From assembly GCA_964016885.1 (NCBI GenBank), contig CAXHJY010001320.1:1-64000 (forward strand): a DNA stretch of 64,000 bases, read 5' to 3'. The position numbers and the translations under genes were made by a program. Below are positions 51,301-64,000 of this stretch, piece after piece. The number at the start of each line of letters is the position of its first letter. Positions within the stretch are counted from its first letter, which is position 1. The stretch comes from Eledone cirrhosa. Lineage: Eukaryota. The notes under the pieces are model-generated. The model saw nothing but the letters and a program-made list of their open reading frames with translations. It was not told the origin of the DNA and did no database searches.

Positions 51301-51519
51301 AAGTGGACGTGTAGGCGCCACGAAAAAGCACCCAGCACTCACTGTAAATGAGGTTGGTGTTAGGAAGGGCATCCAGCTGTAGAAATCAAGCCAGATCAGT
51401 TCCTGTATGAGCAAGGCATGGTCAGCCGACCAGACACTGCCCACAACAGGACAACCCGTCTAACCCATGCTAGCGTGGAAGAACGGACGTAAAACGGTGA
51501 TGATGATGATGATGATGAT
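48351..51519 (+). mobile_element. 5'-truncated RTE-clade LINE inserted into the Penelope 3' UTR microsatellite
   Basis: 950-aa ORF, 3' UTR and (GAT)n tail; the empty site is visible in the inverted arm near 55850-55880. Confidence 0.93.
48359..51211 (+). CDS. RTE ORF: APE endonuclease (N-truncated), RT and an internal PHD-like C4HC3 finger
   Basis: [55 protein letters not shown]; CSVC...CPKC..WVHKRC...FTCSSC. Confidence 0.93.
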   Translation: MGGVGILLADKWVDKVISVYRVNARIIKLRLVLNKTITTIISAYAPQSGLPDELKDRFYESLIHTTALTDDKDFLIIAGDFNGHVGKHCDGFNRVHGGHGVGTRNEEGFRLLEFCDANDMSICNTNFKKPDNHLITYRSGEHSSQLDFILIRGRDRWTVVNTKAFPSEECTSQHSLVVSDLTVRTRRALKQRPTWRRKIWKLKVPSTSNRFKDILLNAYDSKEEQIETFNVEENWEFLKNNLLEATDEVCGWSKTSSRRRVTWWWNNKVDEAVKAKRQAWKEWKNGGSRVHYIETKREARRQVYLARREAEDRKFKHVLQREDQKQEVFKIARQCVRDSCDVIGEKCIRNDKGELALTSAEKKDAWKSHYDRLLNEENAWEEETLPHVDPIEGPAVQVSGSVVSKAIRDMKIGKATGPSGIAAEMLKASGSVGHTITTRIVNQVILEGAIPKDWCSSIIVNCYKGKGDALDRGNYRGIKLMDQVMKVTERVIAQLIRDRVNIDEMQFGFVPGKGTTDALFLVRQLQEKYLAKSKPLYLAFVDLEKAFDRVPRAVIWWALRKLGVDEWLVKAVQAMYRGAVSKVRIGNEYSEEFSVQVGVHQGSVLSPLLFIIVLQAITEEFKTGCPWELLYADDLALIAESMVELENKFQTWKQGLERKGLKVNMTKTKVLVSRRENRTQIPSGKWPCSVCRKGVGRNSILCPKCKQWVHKRCSGISGSLIKNVGFTCSSCAETASKQPQETSTTNLWEGPVETVDSFCYLGDRISNGGGCSESTITRVRTGWKKFRELLPLLAAKGFSLRMKGRLYDACIRTAMLHGSETWALKVEDLRRLERNEACMLRWMCNSNIRERQSIKELRERLSIRGIKCCVQERRLRWYGHVMRMKDDSCIKRCRALEVDGNRGVGRPKMTWDEVIKADLTQLHLSKSMTHDRDFWRHAVIQGTRPPMGTC

Positions 51520-51674
51520 ATATACACATATACACACATATATATACACACACGCGCATACACACATACACACACCCACACACAAAATATATATACACAC
51601 TCTCTCACGCACATATATATATATATACACATATATATATATATATACATACACACATATATATACATATATAT

Positions 51675-51743
<69 letters not shown>

Positions 51744-51842
51744 TATATATATATACACACACATACACACATATATACATACATACACACATACACACAC
51801 ATACACAGACACATACATATACACATATATATACACACATAT

Positions 51843-51932
<90 letters not shown>

Positions 51933-51986
51933 ACATATACACACACATATACACATACACATACATATATATATATATATATATTA

Positions 51987-52026
<40 letters not shown>

Positions 52027-52122
52027 ACACACATATACATACATATACACACACACACATACGCACATGTACATATATACACACATATACATATATACAC
52101 ACATATACATATATACATACAA

Positions 52123-52191
<69 letters not shown>

Positions 52192-52409
52192 TACACATAT
52201 ACACATATACAAACAAATATATACACATACAAGTAAATAGGTACTCAATAAATATACGCATATACGCAGGCACATAAAGACACCTCTACAGGCAGATAAT
52301 GTAGATACGAAAGAGGTACTCACGTAACCATAGTGGCCGTATTTCAGGTTGAGGAGGGGTGGGGGTAGGGTGGGGAGGAGGTATAGGGGCCAATAGGGGG
52401 AGGTCGTTT

Positions 52410-54629
52410 TTAGCCATCGGGTTTTAACACTGGCTTAAAATGTTTGAATGTTGCAAAGTTCTTGTGCATGCAGTTCGGGCAGTGTTCAGAGAGTTTGTTC
52501 AGTAGCGGACCCTTGGCGAATAAAATTTCGTAGCTCTCTGAAATACAAAGGTCGCAGCCCTTGTGTCCTCCGTTGTAAGAGCGCGCTTCCTGGAGTATTT
52601 TCCAATTAAGCGTGAAGGGGGTGGAGTTCCTTTTGAGGTCCCAAACGTAGGAGGCGAGCGTTGTCTGATTTGATTTATCCGGTCTTCTGAAGGAGTGGGT
52701 ATGGGCATACCAACGGGTCTTAAAGTTGTTGGAGGTCATGCCGATGTAAGTTTTTTTGCAATCCTCGGTGCCTGAGATGACATCGCATTTGTATACGATG
52801 TCATTTGTGAGGCATTTGTTTTCTAGTGGGCATGCTTCCTTATTTAGGCAATTACATAGAGCCCCAGTCCGGGGATTGGTTTCGGAGGTGGTTGGCTTAT
52901 TTAGTTTAGAGTTGTGGTTGGCTATATTCCTAGCTAGGTTAGGTGTGGTGGAGTAAGACAGTCTTATAGTGTTCTTATTAAAGATGGTGTAGTACCTATG
53001 TTGTATGGGGAAGTGTAATTTCAGTAAAGTGAAGAAAATCCTAGCTATCGGAGTAGATACCTCTCTATTGAAGGGAGGGTTGTACCAGCTAATCTGCCTA
53101 TGTCTATTCCTCCTCTGCAATTTTGCGGTGGTTTCTAGGTAAGTTATCTTATCTTTAAATCCGCTACGGGCTAGGGCGTCATTGTAGTAGGAGGCAGATG
53201 CATTAAAAATATCTTTGTTGGCGGAGAGGCCAGATATTCTAATAGAGACGCTTTTTACTAGGTTATCAGTGATGTTTTGGGGGTGGTTTGAATTAACATT
53301 AATATATTTAAGGGACTCGTGAGGTTTGTGGTACGGGTAATAGAGGGAAGTATCTAGGTCGAGAGTGACATCTAAGAAGTTGGCCCTAGTCAAATTAGAA
53401 TCTATAGTTATACTAAATCCTAGGTTAGAGAAGAAAGAGCTTAAGTTTTTCCGAAACCCATCGGTGGTTCTGGGGCTAACCTTATGCAGGGCGAAGTGGC
53501 CGTCGTCTCGGTATAAACCTCCAGTTAGGCCGGTAAAGAGGTTCTTCAGGTTATGTAGGATGTACAGGCCCACAAGGTCGCTAATTTCAGCCGAGTCACT
53601 CGCCCCCATGCTAACGTCAAATGGGGTCTGAGATTTCTTGTTGATCCAGTAAGATCCATCGTGGTATAGAAAGGTCTTACGAGCGTGGAGGATAATAACT
53701 TGCTCAGCATCGGTAATGGTGGTAAAATTCCTGGCAAAGTTAATTGCGTCCTTCAGGAGGGGCTCCGAGATAGAGGCATAGTAGTTTTCTATGTCGAGTT
53801 GCAGGAAGCGAGTGTGGTGTTTATCGGGTAATTCTTGGAACCATGATATTGCCTCAGATGTTCTACTCCAGAGTGGAAGTGGTGAGGCTGCCCGCAATGA
53901 TGGTAGAACTCTATCCAGGATCTTCTTACTGATAGAGCCGATGTCGGAACGAGTGGGGTTGATAAGTCTGACTGATGGTTTGTTGAGGAAATTTCCCTTA
54001 TGGTCCTTCAGGGTAAAGTGCGGGGTCTTTACCCTTAAAGGTTCGGTTCGGTCATGTAATTTAAGGGACTTGGCGATTTCTTTTCCGGCCGCGTTTGTCT
54101 CAGTCAGCGCCCTCTCTATTACCTTTTTGTAGGTGGTCGTGATGGTATTTTTTGCCAGCTTATTGTAGGTCTGTGGGTCTACCTCATAAACGTTTTTGGT
54201 TTTATCGGAGGAGACATAAAGATTAGGGGATTTTTTTATATTCCGTAATTCGGCATTTAAGTAGGCCTGGAATGGTGTGGTGGCTCTACGGAATTTAATA
54301 TCCTTGATCATCTTGAAGAGGTCTTCTTCAAATGGTTGGAGTAGGCTGTTGGTGGGTGGTGTCTTATTCGTTTTGAAGCCGAACTTCTCATCATTGGTAG
54401 ATGCTACATCAGGGTTGTCGAGGAAGAAGGCCCTCCATCTAATTCGCTTGATGAACTCGTCGGTACGTCTGATGAGTGTTTTTAAGTATAGTTTCCTTGG
54501 AGGGATAGGGATGTTCTTCAAGGAAATATCAAGGTCGAGTTTGGTCAGCATGGTTTCTTGATGATGGTTATAAGAGGCACAGAGAGTGCTAAAATGTACG
54601 TTATTCCGGGTTGAATCGGAGGTAACCAC
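52410..54629 (-). CDS. Uninterrupted Penelope-like RT + GIY-YIG endonuclease ORF (first ATG probably at MLTKLDL)
   Basis: SLKNIPIP; QLDIENYY; SMGASDSAE; GLYRDDG; NFLDVTL; [11 protein letters not shown]; IVYKC...[14 protein letters not shown]; CDLCISE. Confidence 0.94.
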   Translation of the reverse strand: MVTSDSTRNNVHFSTLCASYNHHQETMLTKLDLDISLKNIPIPPRKLYLKTLIRRTDEFIKRIRWRAFFLDNPDVASTNDEKFGFKTNKTPPTNSLLQPFEEDLFKMIKDIKFRRATTPFQAYLNAELRNIKKSPNLYVSSDKTKNVYEVDPQTYNKLAKNTITTTYKKVIERALTETNAAGKEIAKSLKLHDRTEPLRVKTPHFTLKDHKGNFLNKPSVRLINPTRSDIGSISKKILDRVLPSLRAASPLPLWSRTSEAISWFQELPDKHHTRFLQLDIENYYASISEPLLKDAINFARNFTTITDAEQVIILHARKTFLYHDGSYWINKKSQTPFDVSMGASDSAEISDLVGLYILHNLKNLFTGLTGGLYRDDGHFALHKVSPRTTDGFRKNLSSFFSNLGFSITIDSNLTRANFLDVTLDLDTSLYYPYHKPHESLKYINVNSNHPQNITDNLVKSVSIRISGLSANKDIFNASASYYNDALARSGFKDKITYLETTAKLQRRNRHRQISWYNPPFNREVSTPIARIFFTLLKLHFPIQHRYYTIFNKNTIRLSYSTTPNLARNIANHNSKLNKPTTSETNPRTGALCNCLNKEACPLENKCLTNDIVYKCDVISGTEDCKKTYIGMTSNNFKTRWYAHTHSFRRPDKSNQTTLASYVWDLKRNSTPFTLNWKILQEARSYNGGHKGCDLCISESYEILFAKGPLLNKLSEHCPNCMHKNFATFKHFKPVLKPDG

Positions 54630-54636
54630 AGACTTT

Positions 54637-55184
54637 ACCTCTAACTTTAAGACCCGTTGGTATGCCCATACCCACTCCTTCAGAAGACCGGATAAATCAA
54701 ATCAGACAACGCTCGCCTCCTACGTTTGGGACCTCAAAAGGAACTCCACCCCTTCACGCTTAATTGGAAAATACTCCAGAAAGCGCGCTCTTACAACGGA
54801 GGACACAAGGGCTGCGACCTTTGTATTTCAGAGAGCTACGAAATTTTATTCGCCAAGGGCCCGCTACTGAACAAACTCTCTGAACACTGCCCGAACTGCA
54901 TGCACAAGAACTTTGCAACATTCAAACATTTTAAGCCAGTGTTAAAACCCGATGGCTAAAAACGACCTCCCCCTATTGGCCCCTATACCTCCTCCCCACC
55001 CTACCCCCACCCCTCCTCAACCTGAAATACGGCCACTATGGTTTACGTGAGTACCTCTTTCGTATCTACATTATCTGCCTGTAGAGGTGTCTTTATATGC
55101 CTGCGTATATGCGTATATTTATTGAGTACCTATTTACTTGTATGTGTATATATTTGTTTGTATATGTGTATGTGTGTGTGTGTG

Positions 55185-55249
<65 letters not shown>

Positions 55250-55380
55250 ATTTGTATGTATATATGTATATGTGTGTATATATGTATATGTGTGTATATA
55301 TGTACATGTGCGTATGTGTGTGTGTGTATATGTATGTATATGTGTGTGTATATATATATATATATGTATATGTATGTATA

Positions 55381-55433
<53 letters not shown>

Positions 55434-55472
55434 ATACATATATATATGTATGTATATGTGTGTGTATATGTG

Positions 55473-55509
<37 letters not shown>

Positions 55510-55516
55510 ATGTGTG

Positions 55517-55565
<49 letters not shown>

Positions 55566-55674
55566 ATGTGTGTATATATATGTGTCTGTGTATGTGTGTG
55601 TATGTGTGTATGTGTGTGTATGTGTGTATATATATATATATGTGTGTATATATATATATGTGTGTATATATATA

Positions 55675-55705
<31 letters not shown>

Positions 55706-55829
55706 GTGTATATATATGTATATATATGTGTGTATGTATATATATATATATGTGCGTGAGAGAGAGAGTGTGTATATATATTTTGTGTGTGGGTGTGTGT
55801 ATGTGTGTATGCGCGTGTGTGTATATATA

Positions 55830-55890
<61 letters not shown>

Positions 55891-56002
55891 GTATATGTAT
55901 ATGTGTGTGTATATATGCGTTATATGTCTGTATATATATGTGTATATTTGTGTATAGGTCTGTGTATGTATGTGTATGTTTGTATATGTATGGATATATA
56001 TA

Positions 56003-56047
<45 letters not shown>

Positions 56048-56186
56048 ATATGTGTATATATATATGTGTGTATATGTGTGTGTGTATAGATATTTATACA
56101 TATGTATACTCGTGTTTGTATGTATGCGTGTGAGTGTATTTATTTGTGTATATATGTGTGTGTATGTATGTGTATGTGTGTGTATC

Positions 56187-56271
<85 letters not shown>

Positions 56272-56308
56272 GTATTATATTATACATGTGTGTGTGTGTG
56301 TATGTGTG

Positions 56309-56357
<49 letters not shown>

Positions 56358-57142
56358 GTATTATATTATATATGTATGTATGTATGTATGTATGTGTGTA
56401 TGTATGTGTGTGTACATGAATATATATTTATTTATATATATTTATATATTTTTATATATGTGTGTGTGTTCTTATGTGTGTATATGTGTTTGTGTTTATG
56501 GTTGCGCGTAAGTGTGTGAGTGAGTATGTGTTTTTTTGTTTTTTTGTGAATGTGTCTGTTGATTTTTGGCATATAGTTGATTAGTTTAAGAGAAGTTCGA
56601 AGATAATAGTAAGATATGCACTCAGTATTTTGAATCTGTCTGCAGAATTCTCTAGACCTTTGTCACTTAGTAGAACCTTAATGACTTTAGCTTTTAAAGA
56701 ATCTCCCTTTTCTTTAATTCTATCGACCATGACTGACCCCCCACTGATTTTATAGACATCTGTTAGCTTAAGAGAAACTTATTGACAAGGAATGGTATGC
56801 CATCCGGAACCTGCTTATAGAATTCTGTCTGCCTTTGTTACTCTAAAAACATAAATAAATATAAATAAAAATAAACTATAGCTTTGTAGAATTAGCTTTT
56901 AATGAATTCCCTTTTCTATCAACCAATGACCTGCACCCATCCCACTCCCCACCCTCTCCTACCACTTGTAGAGACCTATAAATACCATATTTATTTTTTG
57001 ATACCCAGATTCCTGATGATTTCTAATGAATGAAACAGTTCTAGTCCTGTAGAATCTCTTCTATATTAAAACTGTTATACTCTGCTATGTATTGAGTACC
57101 TTACTTACTGTGGTTACCTCCGATTCAACCCGGAATAATGTA
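54637..57142 (+). repeat. Inverted pseudo-LTR of Penelope-like element 2
   Basis: Reverse complement of about 51520-52737 and 47159-48350, plus 35 nt (57108-57142) repeating 54597-54631. Confidence 0.92.
57007..57057 (+). ncRNA. Type I hammerhead ribozyme (inverted pLTR copy)
   Basis: AGATTC-CTGATGA-tTTC TAAT GAAt-GAAA-CAG ttctagtc CTG-TA-GAATCT; stems I, II and III all pair; predicted cleavage after GUA at 57051. Confidence 0.85.
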
Positions 57143-61878
<4,736 letters not shown>

Positions 61879-61899
61879 TATATGTAAGCTCCTGGCTGT

Positions 61900-62300
61900 C
61901 TTAAGCTTCCAATGCTTTTGGTAAGCTGGAGAAGCTCTTTTGGTCAAAGTCCGATATCAGTATGTGCACAAAAGTTGAAGTGTATCAAGCATATATGCTT
62001 ACAACCTTGCTGTATGGATGTGAGACATGGTTAACATAATGTGGGTGTATTCAGTAGCTTGAAGGTTTCCACCAACAAAGCTTGCACCCCATCCTCAAGC
62101 TCTTATGCTGACTTCATACTCATTGAAATAACAACTTGATTTTGCATGTGGTATCTATACCAAACTGTGTTGCTCTGCAGGTGTGCTAACCTGGCACCAC
62201 AAAGCATGCCATACCAATCAAACTTACCTGCATACTGTGTTGTATGACATGTAAATCACTTCTTGGTTTGATGAGCCATTTAAGGCAGCATCAACAACAG
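61900..62300 (+). mobile_element. Decayed BovB-like RTE C-terminal remnant
   Basis: SNAFGKL...TKVEVYQA..LTTLLYGCETW; GLMSHLRQH. Confidence 0.6.
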
Positions 62301-63404
62301 CAACATCAATAATATGTCTGTTTTTGTTTTTATTCTAAGAAGAGGCTGTACTCGGACATGAGTTGACTTGCACTATGTATGTGTGTGTGTGTGTATATAT
62401 ATAATATAAATAAAAAAGTTTAGATGAATTGATAATACAACCATATAAAAGTAAAGAACATTTTAAAACTCAATGTGATTGTATAGTCCACAGCAAGATA
62501 GGTAACAGACAGTTCAAAATTCAATCCAATCGGTAAATTTAATTAATTCTGATTAGATTATTATAACAGGAATGGAATATTTCAGTTATTTTAACAAAAT
62601 GATCATCAATCAATTAAATGATTTAATTTAAATTTTTGTTAATCCTTATTCTTCTATATATATAATTAAAAATAACAAGAACGGACAGGAAATATCCCTT
62701 CAAAGTTTTAATGTTGCAAAAGACACTATATGTATTAGATGGTTCGCCCCAACAATAACACTGAATTCATGAACCATCTCTGAATCAAGTATATTCTCTG
62801 TTTGTGTTTGCTGTCATTTCTTTAATCCATACCTGATGATGTTGTCAAGGTCTTGTGTCATGATCGAATGAAATAACTAGGCCATTGAAATATGTATAAT
62901 GTTTTTTGTAACATTAAAATTTTAAAGGGATATTTCCAGTTTGGCCTTCTGTTATTCTTAAATAAATATTTTACTCTTTTCCTGCACCAGCCACTAGATA
63001 CCACATCTATGCTGGATGAGTTGCATAGCATAGTGCTTTTCTTACTATTACATCATAGTTTGCTAACCTGAATGACCGGTTCTACCCATTGGTAAACCAC
63101 ACAACATAAATGGTATATATATATTTATATATATTGTTATAATTTGGGAGGGTCATGTTGCCAATAAGAAACACATGCAACCAGTTGCTTTCACTTCAAT
63201 TTATTATAAATTTTATAAATTTCCGGTTGGTTGGTTGGTTCCACAACCGGATGGTTGTTCATATATGTCAAAGTTCTTTCGTCACACATTCTGTGACCTC
63301 TTCAGTGATTGGGGATTCTTTTCTTTGTTTTGTGCCTCTCCTTTGTTCTGTCCTACGCCATATTGAAAAAACAAGATGGCGTAGTGTTTTTTCAAGTGTT
63401 TTTT

Positions 63405-63436
<32 letters not shown>

Positions 63437-63437
<1 letters not shown>

Positions 63438-63662
63438 CATCATCATCATCATCATCAGGTTTAGCGTCCGTGTTCCACGCTTGCATGGGTTTGGACGGGG
63501 GTTTTCCCACTTGAGGCAAGAGTGGTTGTCTTGCTCGCATAGGACTGTCTGGCGGGTTTTCTACAGTTGGATGCCCTTCCTAACACCAACCACATTTACA
63601 GTGTGGGGCTGGGAGGTTTTTACCGTGTTGCCTACACGGCCACATTTACAGCGTGGACTGTG

Positions 63663-63697
<35 letters not shown>

Positions 63698-64000
63698 TCG
63701 TGACACCTACACGATCTCATTTGTTTCGGCCTGGATGTTGTGGGACCAACATAACTTTACATTGAAAGGGGCGGTGTGGATGGGGTGAAGGTGGTGGGAC
63801 GGGGGGGTGTTTTGATAGAGATGCCTACTGACTGTAGTAGGTTTTTACTTTGTATTTAGGTAAGGCAGGTCTTCTCTATTACTGAGTACCGCCAAAGGTC
63901 TCGGTCCAGTGACATTGTCTTGGAGAGGTGTAAGCGTGTGAGGTCGGAATTTATCAGCTCGTCCCATGTTTTTCTGGGTCTGCCTACTCCGTGGCTACCG
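63437..64000 (-). mobile_element. RTE 3' end (second subfamily), runs off the window
   Basis: Close match to 45756-46280. Confidence 0.85.

Larger units (their letters stand above)
47159..57142 (-). mobile_element. Penelope-like retroelement 2 with an inverted pseudo-LTR, flanked by TA arrays
   Basis: Minus-strand ORF, 3' UTR and hammerhead (47159-54631) abut an inverted copy of the ORF end, 3' UTR, hammerhead and ORF start (54637-57142). Confidence 0.92.

Noticed and set aside
62181-62215. Candidate next ENTPD exon (CTGCAG|GT GTG CTA ACC TGG, reading GVLTW)
   Set aside because: It continues HHKACH instead of the conserved TVNFL and lies inside a decayed RTE remnant.
62825-62900. Functional hammerhead at CTGATGA 62833
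   Set aside because: No convincing set of stems I, II and III could be built.

Overview
AT-rich, microsatellite-dense animal genomic DNA. The SINE types and TA/CA arrays suggest an octopod cephalopod; this is an inference. One host gene is visible: four coding exons (36711-43029, + strand) of an ENTPD5/6-type GDA1/CD39 nucleoside phosphatase, whose next intron appears to run past the window end. Almost everything else is nested mobile DNA. (1) A decayed CsRn1-clade Ty3/Gypsy element (- strand) has an unusually long 32-nt tRNA-Trp primer-binding site. A younger GC-rich LTR element has inserted into its integrase; this inner element has a 5-bp TSD, no tRNA PBS, a DIRS-like RNase H motif and a GGGAAAC plus pseudoknot frameshift signal. 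(2) Two Penelope-like elements (RT + GIY-YIG, CxCx5C linker) sit in (TA)n arrays, carry type I hammerhead ribozymes, and have fold-back 5' ends: a 24-bp hairpin in one and a ~2.5-kb inverted pLTR in the other. (3) Also present are a PHD-finger-bearing RTE LINE and its partner SINE, a maT (DD37D) transposon, a non-autonomous Helitron, Merlin-like and piggyBac-like MITEs, many tRNA-derived SINEs, and decayed LINE fragments. The long Y/I/C/M/V ORFs in the track are microsatellite artefacts.
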